From Saccostrea cucullata (Eukaryota), in assembly GCF_032062105.1 (NCBI RefSeq), contig NW_026937804.1:372001-436000 (forward strand): a DNA stretch of 64,000 nt, written 5' to 3'. Shown one piece after another: positions 1-12,816 of the stretch (the stretch's first letter is position 1; the number at the start of each line of letters is the position of its first letter). Under the pieces are notes generated by a model, which made no database searches, was not told the origin of the DNA, and saw only the letters and a program-made list of their open reading frames with translations. The translations under genes were made by a program, and so were the position numbers.

Positions 1-660
1 TTACAGAACAAACATGGACCTCCAAAACAACAGAGATGGGATCAGGTTCCATGGAGGAGTGAGCATCCCCTGCCGACTGGTCACACCCGCTGTGTGTTCC
101 TTGTCATGATCGGGAAATAAAGCAAAATTAAATCCGTACAATTCAGTTTGTATATCGAATGGCCTAGAACAATTAGTAAGAGAAACATCAATCAGCATTT
201 GACTCAATGATAAATTTATTTGCTGACAAGGTCATTGTATCGATAGAACTTACGAAATGATGACTTTAAACAAGAGCTGAAAGTCTTGTTTCGTCAACTT
301 GTTTGTCAATAATTTACCTCATTTTGAGAAATTGTTCATACGTAGAGCATACTCTCGCATATCGAATCAACTGATAGATATAAACCCCTTCTATATGTGA
401 TGAAGATTTATTGTTGCATAAGTTAGGGAAATTCACAATTAAAAAAAATTAAGTCATCGCGTTTATCATAAAGCTTTGTTGTTAGATTACCATCAACGTC
501 TTTTTTTCAAGTAAAATATCTAAATATGAAACAGATGTGAAGACTTTGTGGTATCTTTTATCTCAAGCTCACCAGGATATATCGCATCGACATAAAAATT
601 GATTTTAGACAATACGTCTCCGATTTATCTAAATGTCTAACTGAAAGCCACAGCCAAGTG
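1..660 (-). mobile_element. Penelope-like (Naiad-type) retroelement, degenerate 3' RT fragment plus 3' tail
   Basis: Colinear with the better-preserved copy at 58345-59270: decayed FRYIDD, LYDKRDDF and SQLIRYAR coding blocks, and the 3' motif GGGTGTGACCAGTCGGCAGGGGATGCTCACTCCTCCATGG. Runs off the window start. Confidence 0.75.
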
Positions 661-1285
661 TTTTTTTTTTTCTTTTCTTCGTTTCAGTCAAACTGATATT
701 TTATAAGACCAATGTGACTAATTTTATTTTATTTAATTTTATAAAGAATTAAAAGACATCGCAGTGACTGACATATCTGTACCCATGTTTGGCTTTTTAT
801 CCAATAGAGAAAAACATTGAATAAAAACTACCGCTAACAAAGGAAGTTTATAACGCGATGACTAAATTTTTCTACATTAGATTCCCGTCTATATGTAACA
901 ATATTCCATCACCGCTTTTTTATATGATAATAAAACTGAAAGGAAAACAAAAATCTTTACTGAACTTGTCTTTACAAAATATTTTTTGTAGTTCATACAA
1001 CGACTTCGAAGCTGTTACTAGTATTTTTTTTTAATCTTAAACATTTGTGAGAAAAGAGAAGTAACTGGTATCTGACGGACGTGATGTGGATTTTTTATTT
1101 TCATTTCAGTCATTATCAATTATATCTCCTGAGTTGTGATTTAAATAACCGTTTTTTTTAATTCTATAACTTTTAATAAAAATAAGAAAAAACTTCATAT
1201 TTGACATTTTTTTTCCAATAGGCCTATTAACTGAAATCCGGAAAATTATTTTCCTTTCGCACAGATTTTAGATTTTACTTTAAAG

Positions 1286-3167
1286 ATGGCTGCACTTTCA
1301 GGATTTCTTCTGTTCGCCTCATTTAGTTTTGCGTTTTCTGTTCCCGTGGACACTAAGTTGCAGGCTTTGACAGACACATTATCAGCAATCGAACGTCTTG
1401 TTCGCTACTACAAGTCAACTTTTCGTGAGCTCAACATCGATGGCCTCTATGGTCTCCGAGTTCTGGAAGGTAAAAGATTCACAGAATCTGAGAATGGCAT
1501 ATTGGTACCACCTCAGCAGGCAGTCTACTCTCTGCACCGTATCCGAGAAATATTGAGATTCTCTAAATCTGTAGCATAAATCTTTTAGTGAAGAGAATTA
1601 TAAAATTTCTTCAATGCCAATGTAGACACATTTTTAATAAAATGTTCGTTAAATTTTTTTTATAGGACCCTAATTATTTTTTTTTAGGGGTGGGGTGGGG
1701 GTAGATTTGGAATTCAAACATATTTAGATCTATAGGTCTGCAGCTAATAATTATTATTCTGTATAGCCACGTTGTTATAATTATTTTCAATAGAATTGTT
1801 CCCCTGTGATGTGATTCGTTAGAATTTTTTTAAAAAGTGAACAGCTGTGCTTGTATAAATCAACAGTGTGTACATTAAATGAAAATGACCCACCTCGGGC
1901 CACCTGTTATAGTAAGGTGATATTGGAGATCAATACTTTCCTGCAGTAAATTGTATTTGTGATGAATGAACATGTGCAGTTCATGTCTCTTGTTGAAAGC
2001 AGTTGTATATTTTTCAAATAGATCAAATCAGTTATATTTTTTATGGGCTTTAAATTTCCTTCAGAAGACCTCAGTGTTTTTTGTTGGTTTTCTGTTATTT
2101 TTTAAGGAATGACTCTAATTCTTGGCCAAATTATTTGAGTATAACCTGGTTTGAGTCAGTTTACATTTTATAATCCACTTCACGGATTATAAAAAAAGCT
2201 TAAACCAACAAAAAACAATTGAATGAGGTCTTCTGAAAGAAATTTGAAATGATAATTACAAGGGCTGTATGGAAATTATTGAGACATTTACTTTTACTCC
2301 ATATAGGAGAGAGATATTATGATAAATTCATTGTACTATTAGCAACACAACTAAATATCCATCATGTCCAAGGTCTGATAAACCTGTGAAGTATATGAAA
2401 CAGAAACACTAGATAGCATTATTTCTGAAATTTTACTTGCTACAATATGTAGATATATTGCCTTATGATGGTAGATTTTGTTTAAATATTATTTTTGAAA
2501 TGTAGGTCAGTTCGGTGTTTTGTTAGAAGAATTTAATAAAGCTGGAACTGGTGGCCTTCCGAATGACATCACTGCCAGAATACGACAACTTCAGGTTGAA
2601 GCGACCAGCATAAGTGAGGAGGCAGTGAGCTTCGTAAGAAAAGGGGATGAAGAATACTACAAGGCACTCCATTTTGTTGTTGGTCGACCATGGAAACTAT
2701 GGAAAAATCAACGATCGCTAAACTTCAGCAGTCAGTGGAACCGTAGTGTTTATCTTAAAAATAAAGGTACCATCTTCATAAAGGTCACCAGGAGATTTAC
2801 AGCAGATTTACAGCTTCTTTGTTCTTTTAAGACATGCAGTAGTAGCAGAGTTTTTGCAATACTCATTATGCTGAAAGGCTAATGTATTCAGCATTTTTTT
2901 TTTTTTTTGAAGGGGAGTAGGGGTATTTATTTTTATCAGATCTTTTTATTTATCACTTCCACACAAAAATTTTCAATTTTGAAGGAATTCAAAGTCACTC
3001 AAAAATGTTAAGTCAATAGTTTTTTTTAAAAATGTTTGTTTTCAGTTTTGTACACACACATTGACTTAACCATATATTTATGATAATTATCAAGTAAGAA
3101 CACCGTCTGCCTGTCTGTCTGTCTATAAACTTTTTTTTCGGCTTCTTCTCAAGAGAGATTAACAAAG

Positions 3168-3201
<34 letters not shown>

Positions 3202-4248
3202 ATGAAGGGCCAGCCCTCACGGGCAGAATTAATGAAAATTTGGTGGCATGTTTTAAAAATCTTCTTCTCAAGAACCACTGTGCCAGGAAAGATGAAACTT
3301 AGATAAACTCAGGTATTGTGATTCAAGTTTGTTCAAATCATGACAAGCCGGGGCCAAAATGGCCGACAAAGTTTTACATAGAAATATATTGGAAAATTCT
3401 TTAAAAATCTTCTTCTCAAGAACCACTGTGCCAGGAAAGATGAAACTGGGTAACATCCTCAGGTAGTGTAGATTCAAGTTTGTTCAAATCATGACCCCCA
3501 GGGGTAGGGCGGGGCCAAAATAAAGTTTTACATAGAAATATATAGGAAAATTCTTTAAAAATCTTCTTCTCAAGAATGACAGAGCCATAATTCATCAAAT
3601 TTATATGGAAGCGTTCTCCCAAGTTTTTTCCAGGGCGGGGCCAAAATGGCCGACCAAAGTTTTACATAGAAATATATAGGAAAATTCTTTAAAAATTTTC
3701 TTCTCAAGAATGACAGAGCCATAATTCATCAAATTTATATGGAAGCATCCTTAGGTAGTGAAGATTCAAGTTTGTTCAAATCATGATAGGGCGGGGCCAA
3801 AATGGCCGACCAAAGTTTTACATAAAAATATATAGGAAAATTCTTTAAAAATCTTCTTCTCAAGAATGACAGAGCCATAATTCATCAAATTTATATGAAA
3901 ACATCCTCAGGTAGTGAAGATTCAAATAACGACCCCCGGGGGTGGGGCGTGGCCAAAATGGCCGACCAAAGTTTCACATAGAAATTAATGGGAAAATTCT
4001 TTAAAAATCTTCTTCTCAAGAATGACAAAGCCATTATTCATCATATTTATATGGAAGCATCTTCAGGTAGTGAAGATTCAAATGTTCAAATCATGACCCC
4101 AAGGCAAAATGAGGCCGACCAAAGTTTTACATAGAAATATATGGGAAAATTCTTTGAAGAATAGCAAATCCATGATTGATCATGGGATTACTTTTGGATT
4201 TTAACTTTTCAATAATAAACCAATTTCTACTTTTTCTAAGCTACAGTA

Positions 4249-4285
<37 letters not shown>

Positions 4286-7200
4286 ATGGTTGTGCCGTCT
4301 TTTACAGAGAGATTAACAGAGAGCCGGTCAGATCGGTGTATGACTCAGCTGACTGGCAGTTTGGGGAACAGATCAATGTCCTGTCAGATAACTCAGGACT
4401 GTGTCCAGCTGATGACAAGCCAGGGACTGTACACACACAGATTCTGTGGACAATGCTGGCCGAACAGGTAGGTCCTACATGTATCTGAGTTAAATTTATA
4501 CTCTTCTTCTTTACCATTTTGCTCTGTAGCATACATAAAGAATAATACATTTCCTTTTCCACATCCTAAATCAGCCTGAGACATTTGTACAGTGTTATAT
4601 AGTAAAACTCATTAGTACAAACACAGATATTGTGAATTCACGGATATAGGGAAGTTTTTCGGAATTCCCGACTATATAAATTTTATGAATTCCTTATAGG
4701 GATATAACGAATTAAGGATACAGTGAAGTAATTTCATAGGTCCCACTGATTTCATTATAATTGAGTTTAACTGTATTAGCAAGGCAGATGAGGACCTGAA
4801 GGCTTATATTGGTTGAGGGTTCCCTTTATACAGGGTATGACATAATAAAACATACCCTTTTCCACATCACATTCTGTATCAGCCCTCAACCAATTTCAGC
4901 CAGAGGACTGCAGGTTGTTCACTAGAGTAGTTTCCCTTTGTTTTGTAGGCAGGGTGTACACACACAGTAGACACTCTGTTTAAGAAGCAGTCCAGTTCAC
5001 TAGAGTAGTTTCCCTTTGTTTTGTAGGCAGGGTGTACACACACAGTACTCTGTTTAAGAAGCAGGGCAGTTCACTAGAGTAGTTTCCCTTTGTTTTGTAG
5101 GCAGGGTGTACACACACAGTACTCTGTCTAAGAAGCAGGGCAGCTCACCAGAGTAGTTTCCCTTTGTTTTGTAGGCAGGGTGTACACACACAGTAGACAC
5201 TCTGTTTAAGAAGCAGGGCAGTTCACTAGAGTAGTTTCCCTTTGTTTTGTAGGCAGGGTGTACACACACAGTAGACACTCTGTTTAAGAAGCAGGGCAGT
5301 TCACTAGAGTAGTTTCCCTTTGTTTTGTAGGCAGGGTGTACACACACAGTAGACACTCTGTTTAAGAAGCAGGGTAGTTCACTAGAAGACTTCCAGACAG
5401 AGTTCTGTACCAATAACTTCCTGGAGATGATACAGACCGTTCACGTTGTACTCAAAGACAAAATCCGCCCTAGATTTCAGGATCTCTTTCTGGAGCAGCG
5501 TAAGCATTAATGAGTTACTCTGTCTATATTTATATGGAAGATTTCTAAGACAGAAAAAGAAAGAGTCTTAATGAGCTCACCTGAATGCAGCAGTATTTTA
5601 TATGTCACTATTGTTTCTACCTTTGAAGCCCTTATAAAAGATAATTAGAAATACTGTGTACTTTCAGAATTCATCTGTCCTAACATTGGTTTCCACGAGT
5701 TCCTGTCAAGTTCATACCTAAGACAGATTCTAAAATGGCAGAAAGAAAATGGCTGCTTTGGCGCAATGCCAAGAAGTGGGAATAAAGGCGATCCTGATTA
5801 TGAGTATGAAGAAGACTCTACAGAAGGAAATAATCACAAACCGAGTCCAGGGAACCTTAAGTTTATCTCACAGAATCACCCTAACATCTCACAGAGAGGC
5901 GTGGTAGTGCAAAGAGGTCAAAAGCTAGTACAACAGTTCTCTAACCAGGACAGCATCAAACACAAGTTGATGCCCCCAGCTTTAGGTTCCCAAGGTTACA
6001 AAGCTAAACCCCCACAGAGGGGCCTGCTGTCATGGTCTTCCTCGGAAACATTTAGAAGTCGGAAGCTTCTGGCAGAGAAGGCACTTTCAGGTAAGATTTC
6101 ATGTTAACTTGGAATTATATACAGATTCTTAATTATTTGTCAATTCTCTGGCAAGATAAACTAATGGAATAATTGGATTTAGAATTACATGTAATGTTTC
6201 TTTTTGGGGAGGAGTTGATATAACTAATTTTAATTTTGGACTACTGAATAGAACCTTATAAATTACCATACCATAACCTAAATGCTTAGTACATGTGTAC
6301 CTCCAATCATTTTTCTTCAAGGATGCTTGATTTATCCTCCTGAAAAATGAATGTTCCCCCTTCCTCCTTCAAAATATGGTCCATAACTAGTGCAGTTAAA
6401 GTTTTTTTTCTCAGCATAGAGAAGGAAGATGAAGATGGAAAATAAATTAATTTTTATCATGACTTTGAATCAAGATGTTCTTTATGCTGTTTCTTCATCA
6501 TTCATACATAAGATTTGAGAATTCTAAAGCTTAAAATATTATTTTGAAGTGCCATTATTGTAAATGACTGGTCAAATCTTTGCTCTATGAAAAAAATTAA
6601 TATACACTGTACATTTGTATATTCCATAGGTAGTGACAATAAAAAACCCTTAGGACTAAATTACTGAGTATTATATTTCTTTGAATAAAGGAAAGAGTCT
6701 TTGCTTGAAAAAATAAAATGCCTAAAAGAATTTCTAGTCACAATCCATATAACATGTATCGAGGTGTACTAGTAATAATTTATTATGTGATGATTTTACC
6801 AGGTGGTTGTCTGGCCCACAAGACAGCAGTAGCAGCAGGTGCCCTTGTGATGTACCTCAGGTATCTCATCTACCCAGGGCAGTCCGACATGTTCAACAAT
6901 GAGGCCGTCATCAAATCCAGACTGTCTGCTATTACACCGCTGACTGATAATGAAGATGTCGCCTACGCATTGTCTATGGGCCAGTCCCTTAATGATGTAC
7001 CTAAAGAAATCGACAAATCACCCTTCAAAAAGAAGGAAAATTCTGTCACCGCAAATCGAACCTTGTTGAAAAAGGATTATAATCAACCAGATGCATTAAA
7101 TAACAATGTGCTGGCAGCACAGCTTTATGGAAAAAATGACAAAGATGAATATTATTCCAATCAGAAATTAAACGAGGATTATTACGACGATAAGAATGAG

Positions 7201-7647
7201 TCTCCGGAGTACCCCAAACGAGATCGCAAGTTAAATCCAGACCAGAAAATGGTGCGTTTTGACAATGGTAACCCAGACAAAGATAACTATGCAGACGAGG
7301 ATTACAAAGACGATGATTACAAAGATGAGGACAAGGAGGAGGAGAAAAACGACGAGAGAGATTACCCGTACTACGACAACAACCAGAGGAAACAGCGAGA
7401 AGAGGGGGACAGGATAGAGAGGGAGGATAAAGATCAGTACCTCAACAAACAGGACCGAGGGGAGCCCCCAGTCACTGCCGCGGGGGGAGGGGAGAAACCC
7501 CTGGGAAGACCACACGGTCCCTCCCTGGTCTCTGTTTTGTTAGGGTTCACAGTCGTTTTTTGTGTGCTGTTATTCTTTGTTTACCGTTTTATTAGGACAA
7601 GGCGAGTACATATACGTTATAACCTTAGATCTCTGATGCGCCTGTAG
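1286..7647 (+). CDS. C16orf89: UPF0764 C16orf89-like protein: signal peptide, Cys-rich domain, acidic stalk, C-terminal TM helix; exon 3 frameshifted as given
   Basis: Exons 1286-1469, 2506-2766, 4308-4467, 5331-5499, 5668-6090, 6803-7647, all AG/GT bounded. Family motifs: N-terminal hydrophobic signal, NIDGLYGLRVLEGQ, ESRSDRCMTQLTG, QILWTMLAEQAGC, DLFLEQQFICPNIGFHEF, ILKWQKENGCFG, GGCLAHKTAVAAGAL. Exon 3 (160 nt) is 1 nt off the required phase. Confidence 0.85.
3080..4283 (+). mobile_element. Helentron-type non-autonomous element (HINE) carrying ~160 bp Cg170/BIV160-like satellite units
   Basis: (GTCT)n microsatellite at ~3105-3124. About 6 imperfect units AAAATCTTCTTCTCAAGAA...GATTCAAGTTTGTTCAAATCATGACCCC...GGGGCCAAAATGG. 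3' end CAGGTGAGCGATGTGGCCCATGGGCCTCTTGTT. Confidence 0.75.
4598..4775. mobile_element. Small pogo/Tigger-like MITE
   Basis: Imperfect terminal inverted repeats TATAGTAAAACTC / GAGTTTAACTGTA with TA at both ends. Confidence 0.4.
4917..5386 (+). repeat. 74-78 bp tandem repeat (6 units) spanning the intron 3 / exon 4 acceptor of the C16orf89-like gene
   Basis: TTTTGTAG acceptors end at 4948, 5026, 5100, 5174, 5252 and 5330. The 10-bp GTTCACTAGA bounds both ends of the array. Confidence 0.95.
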
Positions 7648-10600
7648 AGTATCTTAACCTACTTGAATAAGATTAAAGAATGTGATCAGATTAATCAAAA
7701 ATTAGAATTCAGTTCAATGTTAACATGATACAAATTTGTTGCCAGTATTTGCCATTTATGTTAATATGTATTTATTTATTAATACAGTTATGTAGCAAAG
7801 TTTTTTTTCCCCAGGGATATATTTCTGTGAAGATGAGTTAAATTAATCATTATATCCATAATTATTAAGACTATGCCTAAAAGCTTTATGCCAAAAAGTG
7901 TGTGTTGAGCAGCATCAAGCTGTAAATTTTTCACTTTTCTTTGTCTTGAAGTTGTTTTGTGCATTGAATGTTTTTTTACTCAATGCAATGGATACATGTA
8001 TTGAATAGAATATAAAAAAAGTAACAGGGTGTTGTTTATTTTATTTGGAGAAATTTTCTGATATTTGCCAATTTATGGTTCTTTTAAACTTCCTAAATCA
8101 TTGAACAGGACAATAAATATTGTAATATTGATGTCATTTTAGTATGAAAATCATATAATATTACACTTTTCTTTTAGCATTTGATGTTGAAGGGGAGGGG
8201 TACATCAAACCTTCATTATGATTGTGTAAATGAATCTAAAAAAATTCACATTTAAAATTATTTAGTGTTATTTTTGTAACACAGGATGATTCATCTTACA
8301 TTTAATACAAGCATATATATATTTTTCTTTTAATTTCAACAATATTGTTGTGTTTTCATTATGTCTGTGTGGATGTGTTTCAAATGCTCTGTATCTTTGT
8401 ATCTTCACTCTAAGTCTTCCATTGTGTGTATCTTACATTTATCTATGTGTTAAAACTTTTAAAAGAAACCATTAAGACATTAGAGTTATGATCCATATAG
8501 GCAGCTTACTATATAGCTTTAAAGGTTTTACACAAAAGACTGTCATTCATAATTGGTGCTTATTAAGAATTTTCCATTTTTCTTGTATGCTTATGTGAAG
8601 GACTTATTAAAAAATATGTACGTTACCAAATTTAGGTGATAAATTGCAATTATGCAATTTGTTTATCATATGTCTTGGTATCTTGGAAATAAAATATTGT
8701 ATTTTTATTCTGTAAAAAATTAAAGTCTACCCCCCCCCCCCAAAGTTGAAGCAGGGAGGGGGGGGGTTAGAAAGTCTAGATCTATGAAAATGTATAGAAT
8801 TTAGAAGTCTCAGTTATCTGAATATTGACAACAGAATTTCTCATTCATCAACCATTCTCACCTAGTTAAGTTATTTTTTACGAGTTGAATGTATTCATTT
8901 GTGCCATAATCGAATGCCATATAATTTATTATGTTTCAGTATATTATTTTTATGAATGTATATCTAGTTAGTCTGGGAAGGTAAAGATATAAGGTCATGT
9001 ATATTGTTTATTGTGACAATGTTCTTGTTAATGTGTATATGTTTGATATTTATATACACACTTGTATGTGCCCAAGGTCTGTATGGTTATAGTATATCTA
9101 TGATATTGCATGCTGAACTGTCATTTTTTATTTACTTTTATAATCATCATTAATCATAATTATGTACACATATACACACCTTATAGGCTCATACTGTTTG
9201 TTAACGACACAAAGAATATATTTTATGTTATATGTCCTGTCAATATTTTGTTTCCTTCATATGTGTTCTTGTTTCTCCACAAAGCGGTGAAAGGTTTATA
9301 AAATCGTGTTACCCTGTAATCTCATAAAAACTACAATGAACGAAATCCAGCAATGTGTGGTCATTCTGTAGGACAACCATTTGAGTATTGCATGTTTTAA
9401 AATTTTATGATAGAAGTCATACATTGTATTGCACCTGCTATGGAACATCATTTGCTTATGATTAAATTGTACTGGAGGATCAACCATTATTATTTGGTGT
9501 TAGTGTGAATGTAGGCCTGCAATGACTACCAAGCAACTAACTTTATATAATTATAAAGCTATGTAAAACCAAATATTTCATACTTTAATCTTAATTTTGT
9601 GTACGTATTTTGAGAAATTGTAAACCACAACTTTATTAAATATTTAGGAGTAGTAATAAAATTCATTTAATTATTTTTTTCAAATTATACGTAATATACA
9701 TGTACACACGATTTGTTTGGGGCATTAAACTGCTGAGTAGCAAATAAATATTTTATTGAGCTCTTATTAAGTATTACTTTTTTTGTTATATTCAAAGTCT
9801 TTAAAAAGGGAATAAGTACCGGGGGTACATACTTTTGATTCAATCGAAGCTTATGAATAGTTCATCGCAAATATGAACAACAGGTGTTTATTAACGTTAT
9901 TTCTTTTTGTCACTGAAATACTAGTAGTTACTTAAAATTCTGCAACAAAAAAATCCGACATCAAAGTTGCAACTCATAATGCTGTAAAGAGCAGAGTTTT
10001 AAACATAAGAATTTTTTAGGTTGTACTTGAGCCGATATTTTTATAGGCGTCGAATAATATCTTGATTGCTTCATCTCGTCATCCTTATCCATAAGGAATT
10101 TTATGTCAACAGTGCAAATGTGCATATATCCGTGATTCAAGATTGCAATCTCTGAACTCAGTTGTGTAATCTCCGAGTATTTTAATTAAGTCCACCTTGC
10201 AAAAGTCTTACTGTAGTATTTGTTCAAGGAATGCATTATTTAAAGGAGCAGATTGGGGAGGCAAAACGAACAACTTATGTCTAGGAAACTTAAAGATGGA
10301 ACCTTAATTAGGCTTTCGTGACTAGCCATTATATCTACAAGTCTGGTCTTTGAAACTATCAGAATTATTATTATGTCATGTTAGTTAATTATTTTATTTC
10401 CATGTTGGTGAATGAACGTCATTATATAAATATTGCATGTAGGTGAGTGTAACATTGAATATTTTCACCCCTCGAAAACCATTGTCAACCTAGGCGCAGC
10501 CGAGGTTGACAGTGGTTTTCGAGGGGTGAAAATTTTCAATGTTACACTCAACTACATGCTATATTTATTAAATTATACTGAATGTTTTATACAAATACAT

Positions 10601-10681
10601 ATAACAGTGAACCGTGCGCGCATAAATTCCGCGCAGTCGCTGTTTTTTGGAATACCATCCGTCGTCAAGCAATGTTGACTG

Positions 10682-12091
10682 GGTTTATTCCCCGAATGGC
10701 TACTCGGAAAAAACAACATGTAATTATCACACTCAATTAAGGGGCCCTCTAAGGGCTACAGGTAGACTTACCTGTATGAATAATCTACCAGAAATAAAAT
10801 AAAAGGGATTCTTAATTCAATTTTTTTTTATTTGAGCACTAGTATGAATAAATATTTTGTATACATATTTTTAATTAATTTTTAATTAAAAATTTTACAG
10901 GCACAAAACATATTAAAAGCTATAAATTATCTTGAAGTTCTATTGTTTAGCAGCGCTGATTTTCACATTATAAATTAAATAGCACTGTTTCACTTTCATA
11001 TCATACATATTTACAATATTAACAAGTCATTTAGTCTCCATCTTTCATCACAACTAAGGGATCACTATCCAAGGTGAAGAAGTTCAGAAGCAGAATCTGT
11101 GTAGGTCATAAGATCGATGATGCCATGCTGATACCTTTCTTTCAGTAGCTGCAATCTTCTCTTTATAGTTGCATACTTTTTCGCTGGAGGTCTAATGCTT
11201 CCGCTGGCTTCCCTCTGAATCTTTTGGATCTCTTTCGTATTCTGTATGTCTTTGAACATCTTCAGCACGACGAAGATGTTGGGATGTGCATGCTGTGCCA
11301 TTCTTTTGAGTTTTCCATGCCATCCTCGATCGAGGCTGTTGTTGGTCCGTGGTCCCTCCGTTCCGAAATGATTCCACAGAAGTCTGTCACCATTCACCCA
11401 CTGTTCTGTCACATAGTCTGTAAAGGATTCTGTAGCTTGTGTGAGGTCAGCTTCCTCTCTGTCTTCTAGGGCTCTGAACCAAACGTCTTCAATACAGTCA
11501 AGGGGAACAAGGGGAAGAACTGCTGCTCGTCTAACCAAAGTCTTAACGTTGTCGTCATCTTTGTAGGGAATCTGTAGTCCTGACTGTTGAGCTTTTCGCC
11601 AAATAGCTTGGGTGAAGTGGAAAAAACAACCCTTGGTTGTTACGCCCGAAAACACTTTTCTGATGGAGTTGTGGACTGCTGTCTCGAAGTCAGCTAGAGC
11701 ACATGTGGGTAAAAACTGTAGGCCAAGGTTAATTTGGTATTTAAAAGAGTTTGAAAATGTAGCACAAAAAGGGGATAAAAGTTTGTAAATTCTCAATCAA
11801 TACTATTAAATAGTTTGAAAAAAAAAATTAAATTTAAGGTACAATAAAAAAAATATTTCTCTGAAATCTTAATTTTATCTATTTATATTTATCTATTTAT
11901 TTATTTATTCAGTATATTTCTGAAAAAAAAAACTCTTAATAGAAATAAAATTGACTGAATATATCTGATTGTTAAAATATTGCTTATCCAGGTAAACACA
12001 GGTAAGTCTACCTGTAACCCTTAGAGGGCCCCTTAATTGAGTGTGATAATTACTTGTTATTTTTTATGAGTAGCCATTCGGGGAACACACC
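10682..12091 (-). mobile_element. Mutator-like (MULE) DNA transposon, internally deleted
   Basis: ~95 bp TIRs (GGTTTATTCCCCGAATGGCTACTC... / ...GAGTAGCCATTCGGGGAACACACC). 8-bp TSD GTTGACTG at 10674-10681 and 12092-12099. Transposase fragment inside. Confidence 0.9.
11065..11730 (-). pseudogene. MULE transposase C-terminal fragment
   Basis: DFE and GCFFHFTQAIWRK motifs. RTNNxxEGWH is altered to RTNNSLDRGWH. The N-terminal half, including the first catalytic Asp, is absent. Confidence 0.85.
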
Positions 12092-12816
12092 GTTGACTGT
12101 TGCTACGCTGGAGGGCGTGGCTTCATTATTCAGCGGGTAATAGTGTTTTTTTACCAATTGTTTCTCAACCAATCAGATTCAACTAATTTACATGAAAGTA
12201 TAATATTGAATAATGATTTGCTGGATACTAGAAATAAAGCTCGGAGGAATGAAAAGAAATTATTTTCATTTTGTACGCTACTATCCGAATTATGTAAAAT
12301 ATATAGCCATTTTTAAATCATGTTTGGTGACTAAAATATACCTTAGAAGATTTAAAGCAAAAGACAGGTCATTTTAAGATATCAGTCGTCTCTCTGCAAC
12401 CCCCCTCCCCCCTTTCCCCTCCAGTTGTTGGTTAGAGTAACGAGATTGAATCCCTGATACGCAGTGTAAAGCAGCATTCTTTTTAGATTTCATTTATGAC
12501 ACTGGTATTATCTCACTAGTCACTTTTATACAGTTAGTAAAACATGTACTTAAGGGTCTCCACAATGTGTATATGCAAAATAATGTATGATTAAAAAGTT
12601 TATTCACATCATAAATATGATAACCTACATGCAATTAATGTTTCGCCAAAGTAGTTTTCACAGCGGCAGCGAGAGAGCAGAACTAGAAAGCGTTACAAAA
12701 CATTCGACAACAGAAGGAGGAATTGTTACCTTACCAAATGTCAAGTTGTCAGCTCCAATATCGCGTTTGTTGTTTGAGAAGTTTTGTCACATTGTAACAA
12801 CACGCTCAGGAGAATA

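Larger units (their letters stand above)
10420..12204 (-). mobile_element. Non-autonomous element with a long terminal hairpin (Crypton-like), split by the MULE insertion
   Basis: Near-perfect ~135 nt palindrome at 10430-10564. The other end reads ATTATACTTTCATGTAAATTAGTTGAATCTGATTGGTT on the - strand, a terminus I recall for Crypton-type repeats. Class is tentative. Confidence 0.45.

Noticed and set aside
3268-3622. Short similar ORFs on the - strand
   Set aside because: Translations of satellite units.
5054-5413. 119 aa repetitive ORF on the - strand
   Set aside because: Antisense read-through of the 78 bp splice-acceptor repeat.
7231-7515. Very hydrophobic 94 aa ORF on the - strand
   Set aside because: Antisense of the GAx-rich acidic stalk codons.
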